The notes under the pieces: generated by a model
The model's database searches: none
Seen by the model: the letters and a program-made list of their open reading frames with translations, nothing else
Told to the model about the DNA's origin: nothing
Part shown: positions 51,402 to 60,800 of the stretch, in pieces
Layout: each line of letters starts with the position of its first letter
Numbering within the stretch: the first letter of the stretch is position 1
DNA from: an uncultured candidate division Zixibacteria bacterium
Lineage (GTDB): Bacteria > Zixibacteria > MSB-5A5 > GN15 > PGXB01
Assembly (NCBI GenBank): GCA_963702205.1
Contig: OY969724.1
Location: 160,001 to 224,000, forward strand
Direction of reading: 5' to 3'
DNA: 64,000 bases
Made by a program: the position numbers and the translations under genes

Positions 51402-51750
51402 CTTCCACCTCCGTCAACCGCTTCTTGAGGGCCTCGATCACCGTCCTTCGTTTCTCGCCCGCCAAGTGAGCTTTGAGCCTGTCGGGGTCGCCCTCGGTGC
51501 CGATCCGGGAGATGGCCTCGGCTGCGGTGAGCCCTGAGAAGTCTTCGTCTTGAGTACCGGTCGGAGGGCTTTCGTCCTGTTTCCGGTGATCATCCTTGCC
51601 ATCCATCCGCACGAGCCTTCCCGCGGACAATGCCGACTCCATCTGAGGAGAGATGGAATCCGTTTCAAAGGCCTGGCCCGGGTCGAGGCGCAGTTTGGCG
51701 TCGGCGATGATCAAGACTCCCGGGCGGATGTTCTTCAGTTTCACCGTCAC
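51388..51750 (-). CDS. Hypothetical protein with C-terminal HeH-like motif
   Basis: LTAAEAI..I...E.R.TVI.AL..RL; directly after the capsid gene. Confidence 0.65.
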   Translation of the reverse strand: MTVKLKNIRPGVLIIADAKLRLDPGQAFETDSISPQMESALSAGRLVRMDGKDDHRKQDESPPTGTQDEDFSGLTAAEAISRIGTEGDPDRLKAHLAGEKRRTVIEALKKRLTEVEGGAD

Positions 51751-51762
51751 AACTCACCTCCG

Positions 51763-52626
51763 TCAGCCGAGAATCTTGATCTTGGCCAGGATATCCGGCC
51801 GAGTGATGCCTTGCCCCAGTTCCGACCAGACGAGCCAGCCGGTCTTGAAGCGGGTTTTTTGCTCGATGGCCTCGGTCTTGAGGTTCTCGCGCACCGGCAT
51901 CTTGCCCACCTCCTCATCGGGGATGAGCAGCACCTCGTCGATGGCCTGTGCGGCGGTCAACAGAATGCCGCCGGTCCCGTAGTTCTTGATCAGACCTTTG
52001 GCACGCAACTCAGACTTGGTCTCCGGGTCCAGGTTCCAACCCCGCAGGTCATTGAAGCGGCGGCCCCGCATGACGATGTACTTCACCGTCAACTCGAGGT
52101 CCTCGATGATGGAGATCGCCTCGTTGAGCGCCTCCTCGGTGAGGGTCGCGCCGGTTACTTCAACGGTGTTGGCCGCGGGCACCGCCGCCGAAAGCACCGT
52201 AATGGTCCGCTTGTCGATCTCCTTGCGGATTTCGTCCGCGGCTGCGGTCTGGATGTCCATCAGTGTGCCGATATTGCCGTTCTTGAGCACCGAAACGTCG
52301 ACCATGGGCGCGGAGTGGATACGGTTGGTGGGAAACTCCACTTCGTCCTTGCCGACCTCCTGCTCCTGAGCCTCGCCCTCGGTGGAAATCCAGTAGGCCT
52401 TTACTTTGGGCTTCTTCTGGTAGAGAGGACGCTCGCCCTTGGGCAGGGTGTGCTTCGTGAGCAGCAGCGAAGAGATCTCCTTGCGTTTGATCTCCTGTTC
52501 GATGGGCTCGGAGATGGCGGCGGCCAGCGCCCGCATCCCCTCCGGGGACTCGAGCGCCTCGGACATCAGGCGCGCCATCGTCTCCATGTATTCTTGGCTG
52601 TGCACGTTCATGCGGATCGTCTCCAT
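51763..52626 (-). CDS. Major capsid protein (HK97 fold, no delta domain)
   Basis: 287 aa after protease/scaffold and decoration genes; A..EI....D helix, G.L.WSE.G..I..P C-terminus; AGGAGG RBS. Confidence 0.8.
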   Translation of the reverse strand: METIRMNVHSQEYMETMARLMSEALESPEGMRALAAAISEPIEQEIKRKEISSLLLTKHTLPKGERPLYQKKPKVKAYWISTEGEAQEQEVGKDEVEFPTNRIHSAPMVDVSVLKNGNIGTLMDIQTAAADEIRKEIDKRTITVLSAAVPAANTVEVTGATLTEEALNEAISIIEDLELTVKYIVMRGRRFNDLRGWNLDPETKSELRAKGLIKNYGTGGILLTAAQAIDEVLLIPDEEVGKMPVRENLKTEAIEQKTRFKTGWLVWSELGQGITRPDILAKIKILG

Positions 52627-52644
52627 TTCGTTTTCCTCCTTTAA

Positions 52645-53013
52645 TCAGATGAACAGCCGGAACTTGATCGTTCCGCCGGAGACGGAGACGGCCCGAGCGA
52701 TGACTTCTTCGCCCGCCTGCACGCCCGCGGTGAGTTTGCCGCTGCCCGAGACCTTCAGGTCGTCGCCGGGATTCACGGTCCCCTCGAAGACGTCGGTTTC
52801 ATAAACGCCGCCCATGCAGTAGATGCCGGGCATCTCTCCGTTCTTGTAGTCCTTGATCAGAATGCCGAAGGACTTGGCCGTCGGCGTGGTGTTCACGGCG
52901 AAGAGGTCGTTGCCGACGATCCTCACCACCTGGCCGAGTTGGCCGTCGCCCTGCAGGTAGCCGTCGCCGTAAGCGAGGCCCCGGTGATTGGGATTGATGA
53001 AAGCCATGGTCAT
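52645..53013 (-). CDS. Head decoration/cement protein
   Basis: 122 aa, Gly-rich, GVYETD.F, GD.L.V...GKL; between scaffold and capsid. Confidence 0.65.
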   Translation of the reverse strand: MTMAFINPNHRGLAYGDGYLQGDGQLGQVVRIVGNDLFAVNTTPTAKSFGILIKDYKNGEMPGIYCMGGVYETDVFEGTVNPGDDLKVSGSGKLTAGVQAGEEVIARAVSVSGGTIKFRLFI

Positions 53014-53023
53014 TCCTCCTTTG

Positions 53024-53614
53024 TCAGTTGGTCGAAACCGGTTCGCCGGTCGCGGACGCCACTCGTTGCCGGTAGGCGGCCATGAAGCCGCTCTTCAGCC
53101 GGTCCTCGAGACTCGTCTTCTTGTCTTCGATGTCCTTCGGACGTACGCCCGCATCGCTGCGTAAGGGCGGATCGTCGCATGTGCGTGAACCCTTCGCGGT
53201 TTCCGCGGGAGCACTGCGGTCATTGGCGTCCTTGTCGTCGGCGTGGGCACGAGGACCGCCCTTGAGCATTCGCTCGAAAGCGGCTTCGCTGGCTGCAAAG
53301 GCGTCGTCGGAAAGTCCGGCCAGACGGGTGAGTTCCTGCTCGCGCTCCTCGTCGGACTCGAAGGCCAGACCGTTTTTCTCGATCTTGCGCAGAAGCTTCT
53401 GGGCCCGGCTCCTGTTCGCGGCGGCCTTCCTTTCAGCTTCCAGTTCCTCGAGCTGCTTCTGCAGGCCGAGCACCTGCTGCTTGAGTTCCTTGTTCTCTCG
53501 CTCCAGTTCCTTGATGCGGGTCTTGTCATCGGGCGCGGTCCCGCCGCCGCCGTCGTCCTTCTTCTTGGCGGCTTCCAGCGCTCGTTCCTCGGTTTCCTTG
53601 TGTTTCTCGTCCAT
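53024..53614 (-). CDS. Nested in-frame scaffolding protein (196 aa)
   Basis: AAGGAGGT 6 nt before an in-frame ATG (MDEKHKETEER); charged coiled coil. Confidence 0.7.
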   Translation of the reverse strand: MDEKHKETEERALEAAKKKDDGGGGTAPDDKTRIKELERENKELKQQVLGLQKQLEELEAERKAAANRSRAQKLLRKIEKNGLAFESDEEREQELTRLAGLSDDAFAASEAAFERMLKGGPRAHADDKDANDRSAPAETAKGSRTCDDPPLRSDAGVRPKDIEDKKTSLEDRLKSGFMAAYRQRVASATGEPVSTN

Positions 53615-56600
53615 TGTCGGACCTCCTTCAGAGTGGGTTGTCGAACCATCGTTTTCCGCCGCGGCGACCTTCAGGATGCGGGCGTTCTCGTCCGCGCCTT
53701 TGCGGTCGAGCAACCCGAGCCCTGTGAAGGTGACTCCGTGGAGAATTTCGTAGACGGGCTGCCCCTGGAGCTCGCCGCCCTTGTTCTTGCGCAGGTGGAC
53801 GCAGTAGTCGCTCTTCGAGGCGACCCTTTTACCGCAGACCGAACACTCACCTTCTTCGTAATCGCACTCCATGGAGACCTGCGAGATGATCCCTTTGCGG
53901 ATGAGCTTGTAAGCCAACTGAGCATGCGGGCTGTCGGAGACATAGAGTTCCCCCGCGCACTCGATCCGGCCGCCGCTTTCGTCCTCGACGTAATCCGCCC
54001 CCACGATGCCGCCGACGATGTCGGTGAAATCCTGGGAATGCTTCAGGTCGATCTTCTTGTTGATCGCCGTCATGTAACGGGCGGCCAGTTCGTCGGGGGT
54101 GAAGTGGTCGCCGTTCTTGTTCGTGCCGGCCCGGCAGAGAATGAAGGTGAACTGCGGATCGCCCGCGGCCTGGTCCAATGCCGCCGCTTCGGTCTGAAGT
54201 CGCGTGAACGCATCGAACGACAGATCTACCGGAAACGAGGTGTGACATGCCGCCGGCGTCTGTGTGTCGGCCTTGGAGCGCGCCGCGCCTCGGGACTTGG
54301 AGGCGACGAAGAGCAGTTCTCGGGCGTGTTTGCCTTCCCGGCCGATGTCCTTGGCGATGTTGTAGTCCACTTCCATGCCGCGGACTCGGACAAGGCCGTA
54401 GTGCTCGGCGAAGATTTCTTTGATTTCCTCCTCCCGCGGAAAAGCCCGGTCGCGGTATGACAGGAGCACCGTGCCGTACTTGCCGCGGGCGTCGGCCGCC
54501 AATGTTTCCATGAGGGAACGGATCGATTCCTTGGTGTAGCGCGTCCGCGACGGATAACTGCGGCGGGGATTGTCTTGGAGTTCCTTGTCCGCCCAGCGGG
54601 TCATGAGACCCTCGATGAAATGCAGGGAGTCCTCGTAGTCGTTGCTGCCGAACTCGGTGACGTAAGGCGGGTCCAGATACAGAACGTCCGCGCCGAATCG
54701 CCGGACCGCTTCCGCCGCGTCCAGGTTGAACGCCTTGCACTCTTTGCCGTTGTCGAACACCAGCCGGTTGAGCTGGCTCACCGAGCGTCGGAACGACTCG
54801 ATGAACTTGGACAGCGGCGGGTTGGAGAGCTGGGATTGCTCCAAGCTGGCATCCGTGTCGAGATCGGCTTTGCGGTGCATCTTGGACCGCGAGAACTGAC
54901 CGAAGGCACTCTTGGCCTTGACGGTGGTGCCGAGCGCCGCCAGCGCCAGGTCTTTCTTGTAGCCGTGAAGCTTCTGACTGTTCGCCCAGACTTGGTCCAG
55001 CCACCGGAGCACCGGTTTTGTGTAGTAGTACCCGTAGAAGTGATCCACGATGAACGTGCCTGCGTCCGGGTTGGAGGCAAGGATTCGGTCCACATCCTCG
55101 TCGCTCAGAGTCTCGCTGGAGTTTTCCACCACGGCCCGCGCCAGATGGTGGGGATAGCGCAGGAGGTCGTTGGTGATGACCTTCAATCCTTTGCGCTTGA
55201 AGTGGTAGGCGACGTTGGCCCCGCCAGAAAAGGCATCGAGGATGCTTTCCGCGTCCTTCGGGACATGGCTTTCGATCCAGCCGAGCATCAGGTACTTGCT
55301 GCCCATGAAACCGGTGACGCGGACCGATTCCGCTTTCCCGGCCTGGCAGCTCAAGAGGTCCAGCGATTCGCCAAGCGGAGCGTCCGCCAGAGCGATCAGG
55401 TTCTCCTCCACGCGCAGGGCTGAATCGACGGCCCGTCCGGCTTCGTGTTTGTCGATCCACTCCTTGGCCTTCTCCTTGGTCCAGCCGTCCGGGTTCTTTT
55501 CCGTCTTGCGAACGAACCGGTATGCCTGCAGCACCATGGAGCGCGGGTTACCGCCCTCGGGCACGAACTCCTTCTTCAAGCGTCCGATGATGATCGCCAC
55601 GCCGTCGACACCCTCCAGGGGCTTGCGGCGGAAACTGTCGGGTTCGAACTCGTCCGGGTCCCGGACGCGGAAGCGAACCTCGTTCTCGGTTTCCTCCCAG
55701 ATGGCTTCTGCCCGTAGGCTGTCCTCTTCGGACGCCTTGGCGGACCGCTCCGCGCCCTCGGCTCTGCGGCAGATGAACAGGCGTTCCTTGGCGTGGGACG
55801 CCTCGCCGTGCCGCGATGTGATGGCGTAATGGTGATCGTGGGAGCGCATCGACGAATCCCGTCCCATGGAGGCGATGATCCGCCGCATCTCCGATTCGTT
55901 CGGATAGGCGTGGTCCCGGTAGGAAATGAGCCAGTGCGGGAAGTGCTTGGAGTTGCCGAGGAAGGACTCGAAGAACTCCGCGGCGTTGGTGCGGGTCACG
56001 GTCTTGTGGTCGGTCTCGTAGTGTTTGGTCTTGGAGTCTTTGACAAGGCTCAGCCCCTCCCAATAGGTCATCAGCCCTTCCACGAAGTGGTAGGATTTTT
56101 CGTAGTTGGTGGTCGAGAACTCCGTGGCGTAGGGCGGATCGAAATAGGCCAGGTCGGCCTTGGCGACCGGCAGGAAATCGTTGATGTCCTTGCGGGACGC
56201 CTTGCACTCCTTGCCGTTGTCGAAAACGAGGGCATTGATGCGGGCCACGTTCTTGCGCAGCCGCTCCTTGAATTCCTCCGGGGTGTCCTCGCGCTTGCCG
56301 TAGCGGGTCGACGACGAGAAATGCCCGAAGCCGCCCTTGCCGGACATGCAGGTCTTGCCCAGAGCGAACAGGGCGATGTCTTTCTTGAAGCCCGAGAGCT
56401 TGTCGACGTTGGCCCGGATCGTGTCAATCAGACCGTGGACGCCCTTGGCGAAGAAGATGCCCTTGAAGTTGTCTCGGACGAAGGTGCCCGCCTTCGGGTT
56501 GTCGGCGAGCAGCGCTTCAATATCCTCGTCACCGAGCCGGACGTTGTCGTTCTCGATGATCGCCCGGGCCGCATGATGGCAGTAGCGCAGCCGGTCGTTG

Positions 56601-56887
56601 GCCAGGACCTGCAGGCCCTTGGTCTTGTACATGTAGGCCACGACAGCCGAACCCGAGAAGGCGTCGGCCGCGGATTCCACCCCCTCCGGAGTGTGTTTCC
56701 ATATCCAGTCGACCAGCTTCTGCTTCGAGCCGATGTAGTTGGTGATGTATTTCGGCCGCTGTTCCGGCGACGGCTCTTCGGCAGCCGCCTCGGCCTGGGC
56801 CTCGAGCGCCTCGAAGTCCAGGTCAAGGGCGGCGTCCGTCTCCAAGAGGAAAGCCAGCCGTTCACGGTCGGTTGAGAAAAGCTCCAT
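53024..56887 (-). CDS. Fusion: DNA adenine MTase 1 - linker domain - DNA adenine MTase 2 - prohead protease - scaffold
   Basis: YIGSK/DAFSGS/DPPY (56129-56140); FMGSK/DAFSGG/DPPY (54662-54673); N.NGD.F, IDLKH, VSMEC, CSVC..YCVH, G.GL...GAD..A.I; coiled-coil C-terminus; uninterrupted 1287-aa ORF. Confidence 0.88.
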   Translation of the reverse strand: MELFSTDRERLAFLLETDAALDLDFEALEAQAEAAAEEPSPEQRPKYITNYIGSKQKLVDWIWKHTPEGVESAADAFSGSAVVAYMYKTKGLQVLANDRLRYCHHAARAIIENDNVRLGDEDIEALLADNPKAGTFVRDNFKGIFFAKGVHGLIDTIRANVDKLSGFKKDIALFALGKTCMSGKGGFGHFSSSTRYGKREDTPEEFKERLRKNVARINALVFDNGKECKASRKDINDFLPVAKADLAYFDPPYATEFSTTNYEKSYHFVEGLMTYWEGLSLVKDSKTKHYETDHKTVTRTNAAEFFESFLGNSKHFPHWLISYRDHAYPNESEMRRIIASMGRDSSMRSHDHHYAITSRHGEASHAKERLFICRRAEGAERSAKASEEDSLRAEAIWEETENEVRFRVRDPDEFEPDSFRRKPLEGVDGVAIIIGRLKKEFVPEGGNPRSMVLQAYRFVRKTEKNPDGWTKEKAKEWIDKHEAGRAVDSALRVEENLIALADAPLGESLDLLSCQAGKAESVRVTGFMGSKYLMLGWIESHVPKDAESILDAFSGGANVAYHFKRKGLKVITNDLLRYPHHLARAVVENSSETLSDEDVDRILASNPDAGTFIVDHFYGYYYTKPVLRWLDQVWANSQKLHGYKKDLALAALGTTVKAKSAFGQFSRSKMHRKADLDTDASLEQSQLSNPPLSKFIESFRRSVSQLNRLVFDNGKECKAFNLDAAEAVRRFGADVLYLDPPYVTEFGSNDYEDSLHFIEGLMTRWADKELQDNPRRSYPSRTRYTKESIRSLMETLAADARGKYGTVLLSYRDRAFPREEEIKEIFAEHYGLVRVRGMEVDYNIAKDIGREGKHARELLFVASKSRGAARSKADTQTPAACHTSFPVDLSFDAFTRLQTEAAALDQAAGDPQFTFILCRAGTNKNGDHFTPDELAARYMTAINKKIDLKHSQDFTDIVGGIVGADYVEDESGGRIECAGELYVSDSPHAQLAYKLIRKGIISQVSMECDYEEGECSVCGKRVASKSDYCVHLRKNKGGELQGQPVYEILHGVTFTGLGLLDRKGADENARILKVAAAENDGSTTHSEGGPTMDEKHKETEERALEAAKKKDDGGGGTAPDDKTRIKELERENKELKQQVLGLQKQLEELEAERKAAANRSRAQKLLRKIEKNGLAFESDEEREQELTRLAGLSDDAFAASEAAFERMLKGGPRAHADDKDANDRSAPAETAKGSRTCDDPPLRSDAGVRPKDIEDKKTSLEDRLKSGFMAAYRQRVASATGEPVSTN

Positions 56888-56931
56888 TCGGTTCTCCGGT
56901 CATGTCGCGACCAAATCCGGTTAATGCCGGT

Positions 56932-56981
56932 GGGCGGTCGGCCCGCGCTCGGGGCGAACCCCGAAATCAGGCCGATAGCCC
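56932..56981 (-). other. Long stem-loop in the leader of the MTase-protease gene
   Basis: GGGC-TA-TCGGCCTG-ATT-TCGGGG-TTCG-CCCCGA-GCG-CGGGCCGA-CC-GCCC: three stacked helices with a UUCG loop. Confidence 0.55.
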
Positions 56982-56992
56982 TGTCGCTTGGA

Positions 56993-57022
56993 TACCTACC
57001 GGAGGCCGTTGAAAAGTGTCGG
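56993..57022 (-). promoter_or_regulatory. Putative phage late promoter, copy 4
   Basis: Minus strand CCGACA-N14-CCGGTAGGTA, intergenic, upstream of the MTase-protease gene. Confidence 0.75.
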
Positions 57023-57030
57023 AGGGGGAA

Positions 57031-57375
57031 TCAGGAGATGCGGCCCGACTTGATCCGGTCGATGACCGACCGGGCGCAGGCCTCTGCTGAAGGGTGTTCG
57101 TCAGTTTCGAGTACGGGACCGCGCATGCCCCGATATTGGGAAAGGGTGCCCTGGTGGTAAGCCAGAAAATCGTCGGGCAAGCTGCGGACGCCTTGCTCCA
57201 CCAGCCGGTTGACCACCCACCGCGTGTCTTCCTCAGCGTCGGCGTTTCCGGGCAGGAACTCGATCACCAGGTCCAAGCCCGGTCCGGGGCCCTGAACCCA
57301 GACGCCGACGGGTTCGTAGCGCGGTTCGCGGATACTGTCGCGGAGCGTGTACTCGATCATGTACTTGAGCTTCAT
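57031..57375 (-). CDS. Hypothetical protein, candidate immunity protein
   Basis: 114 aa from MKLKY; ATGA overlap with the upstream gene. Confidence 0.7.
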   Translation of the reverse strand: MKLKYMIEYTLRDSIREPRYEPVGVWVQGPGPGLDLVIEFLPGNADAEEDTRWVVNRLVEQGVRSLPDDFLAYHQGTLSQYRGMRGPVLETDEHPSAEACARSVIDRIKSGRIS

Positions 57376-57848
57376 TCCCATTCCTCCGCGATGCGGGTGT
57401 GCTCGGTCAGAAGCTCGGCGTCGATCCGCTCGAAACGTTCCCGGTTCTTTGCTTTGTAGCCGCTCCAGTGCTTCCAGTCCGCGGCCTGGTCGGGTTCCTG
57501 ATCCGGGAAGATGAACTCGATGTGGAACCTGCGGTCCCGGTCATCGATCAGATCGAGCAGGTAGGAGTCCTCCTGTGACCAGGAGACGACCTTGACGGTA
57601 TGGGCATACTGGAAGCCCTCGTTGTAGCCGAGCAATCTCAAGAGCAGCCAGAAATCGACGCGTGTCACCTCGCCCCCGGCGTCGAAGTGCGGGGCCACAC
57701 GGGTCACGGTGAACCCGTCCACGATGCCGATCCGAATCGGTGCCCGGCCTTTCTCCGCCAGCGTCATCCAGGAGCCGTCCGTATTGAACGACTCGAAGAG
57801 CGCCTGCAGACGGGCCTTCTCCTTTTCGATGAACTCTTTCATGCTCAC
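57372..57848 (-). CDS. Hypothetical acidic protein, candidate immunity protein
   Basis: 158 aa; GTGA overlap with the MuF stop. Confidence 0.7.
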   Translation of the reverse strand: MSMKEFIEKEKARLQALFESFNTDGSWMTLAEKGRAPIRIGIVDGFTVTRVAPHFDAGGEVTRVDFWLLLRLLGYNEGFQYAHTVKVVSWSQEDSYLLDLIDDRDRRFHIEFIFPDQEPDQAADWKHWSGYKAKNRERFERIDAELLTEHTRIAEEWE

Positions 57849-60800
57849 CTCACCAGCACGATGTCCTCGACCTTGCGGCCGTCGGGCAGCTTCATGATTT
57901 TGCGGTTGCGAAACACATCCAGCAGTCGTTGCTTCTCCCGCTCGCTTCCGACCACGATCACGTCGATGTTATCCAGCAAGGTCACCGAATATTTGAAAAT
58001 AGTCTCGTTGCCGCTGCGACGGGCGAACTGCTTCCATTCCTCTGGGTTGCTCCCTCGGTGGTTCGAGACGTACTCGTCCCGCACCCGTCCGAAGGCGTCG
58101 TGGTCGTAGCTGATTGCGTCCATGCGCCGGAGCATCCGTTTCTTGAAGTAGAGTCCTGTGTCGGACGATCCTCCGGTCGTCGGGAGCTTTTTGATCCGGG
58201 TGAAGAAGTAGCTCGCTCCGCCGGTGTCCATGTCGGCTTCCGGAGACATCCCGCCCACCGGCACCCCGGCGCGTAGCTTCTCGACCGTACTCACCATGGC
58301 TCCGTTGTTTCCCAGCGCCGCGTCGATGAACGACACCGCGTCCTCGCCGTTGGTCAGTCGGTGGTGGAGGCCGTACCCCTTCATCTGTTTCTCGATATCC
58401 GCGTCGGATATATCAAAGCGGTATTGATGCCGGTAGCCGGCGCGCTTGGCGGGGTCCTTGAATGCAGCCTGGTATTCGCCCATGGGGTCGTAGCCCGGCA
58501 TGCGGGTGATGTCCTTCACTTCGAGCCGTTTCTCCCAGAAGCCGCGTATTTCCTGGACGCGTTCTTCCTTGCCCGCGGCCCGGCGATCCAGGTCCTCGAC
58601 CAGCCGCTTGTAGTCCGGTTCGCGATCCACCTTGGCGAGGTATGCTTGCTTGTGAAGATAGAGAAGCTCGGCATCCTGTGGTGTGGCCGCACCGGCCTTG
58701 ATGCCCAACGATTCCATCCGTTCCATGGCCCGCTCGAGACTCTTGGCGTCAGGTCTGTCCGGAAGGACCAGTTCGAATTCGCCCTGTTGGGCATAGAGGT
58801 TTTTGTCCGACCAGGGGCGATACACGGCGCGGGTGCCGTCGCCGAAATCGATCTCGTACTGCTCGCCGGCCTTCATGGCGCGGCCGCGGAAGAGTGCCGA
58901 GTTGTCCGCCGCTTCGTCCACGACGACGAGTTCGCCGTTCTTGAGCTCCCGTTTGGCCTGAAGCACCTTAGTCCGCCGCACGGTGAAGGGAGCGTCCTTC
59001 GATTTCTTTTCCGGCGCGGCGTGTTTCTTGAGATAGGCATCGAAGCGCCCGCCTACCGGTTTGTGTTCACGGGCGGCTTCCTGGACCTTCTCGATCCAGT
59101 CGATGTAGCTTCGGGCCATGGCCCGCTCGTCCGGGTCGGCCGAGTCGGCGAGGCGCTTCAAGGCCTTCAGGTGTTCCGTAGCCTTCTTGAGCGACCCCTG
59201 GTTGTACTGCTGGTCCGTGGCGTGGTGGTTGACCGTCTTCACCGCGGACAATATGTCCTGCGCGAAGACGTCCTGCGGCAGCGACTCGCCCACCCGCGCG
59301 GCCGCAGTATCGACTCCCGCCTTGCGCAATGTCTCCAGGAGCTTGCCTTCCGCCTCGGGCCGAACCTTCATCTTGACCACGGTCCGTTGCTTTCCCTTCA
59401 AGGTCTCGACGAATATCAGGGCGTTTTGGTCCTCGATATCATCCTCGTCGAAGGGCAGGACCTTCCCCTGCCAGCCGAGCGAACGGACCTCCTCAAGAAG
59501 CGCCTCTTCGGTCGGACCCAGGCGCGTTTTCGGCAGCGCCTCCAGCACATCCTCGAAGCGGAAATCCCGACGGCCCAGCGCGTCCGCATAAAAATTCTCG
59601 AAATCGTGGCGCAGGTTCCGTTTCCGCGCCAGGACGGTGTCGTAGAATGCCTGCTTGCGGGACTCGTCCCGCCCGAACCGTCCCTCGGCATAGGGGCGCA
59701 GGATGGCCAGGTAGTCCTCATCAGCGATCTTTTCCACTTCGCGGATGTAGCGAAGGGTCGCCGCGGGGTCGACCTTGACCTTGCCTTCCTTGGCGGCGCG
59801 GAAAACCGTATTGTAAAAAGGTTCTTGTTCGCCGTACTTGGCGTTCGGGTGATAGTCGATGGCCAGACGGTCCTCGCCCAGGTATTTGAAGATCTGCCCC
59901 TTGTCGATGCCGTAGACCTTCCCGTCACGACCCCGCAGGAATTGCTTGGCATGGCCGTCATGGTTGGAGATCAGCCAGTCGACGACGTGCTCCCGCTGAA
60001 TCTGCTCGATGTCGAGGGTGGTGAGGTCCGAGAGGTCCAAGCCTGCGAAGTCGAAGCTGTCCTTGAGATCGGCCCGCCACTTCTGGATGGAGCCGAGGCG
60101 TCCGGTCATACGGATGGTTCGGACCTCCACGGCGTCCGGATCGATGAGCCGCCCGATCTTGTAGGCTGCCTCCTCTCCGTAGGCGATGAACTCGTCACCG
60201 GCCCGTTCCACCGGCTTGAAGAGCCAGCGGTCACCCGCTTCATCGGTCCAGAACTCCTTGCTGTGCGCGCCGCCGACCTGCGCCTTGCCCGCGGACGTGA
60301 AGTTCCCCGGCTTTCCCTTGGCGATCCAGGCCGCGTCCGCCTCCTCGAACTGCGTGCCTTTCTTAGTGAAAGTCGGTGGAGAGGGTGGTGTCGGTTTCGG
60401 AGTCGGCGCGGGCTTCGCCGATTCGGGCGCGGCGACCTTCTTTTTGCCTCCGTGCTTTTCCAACCAGGCGGCGTGTTTCGTTTCGATGCCGGTCTTGGCA
60501 GCCTCGATCTTGGCCGGGTCGGTCTCCGTAAGCAGAGTGACAAGCTCGTCCTTGTTCGCCCACTGCCAGTGCTTGAGCTTGGTGTCCTTGGCCAGGGTCT
60601 TGAGGTCGCCGACCTTCATGGACGCGACCTGGTCCTGGAAAAGCTTTTTCTTGAGGGCGAGCTCCTTGGCGTGTCCTTCGAGCATTTCCTTTGGCAGACT
60701 TGGTGATGCAGACATCGCCGCCTCCGCCTCTTTCACCGCTGAAAGGAAGTCGGCGTATCCTGCGGGGGAGTCCGGCACGATCACCTTCGCAGCAGTCTGT

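Noticed and set aside
51763..52626. Encapsulin nanocompartment
   Set aside because: Size and fold are compatible, but the portal, protease, neck and tail context indicates a phage capsid
53615..53620. Fifth copy of the late promoter motif (CCGACA)
   Set aside because: Lacks the CCGGTARGTA half 14 nt downstream; it is just the RBS-ATG spacer
56900..56981. Possible SAM-II riboswitch upstream of the methyltransferase fusion (CUGAUUU inside a stem)
   Set aside because: The downstream A-rich loop and GCUAAA element needed for the SAM-II pseudoknot are absent
34708..57022. Four-copy motif as CRISPR repeat or att site
   Set aside because: Copies are kilobases apart, bipartite with a variable spacer and gene-proximal; no cas or integrase nearby
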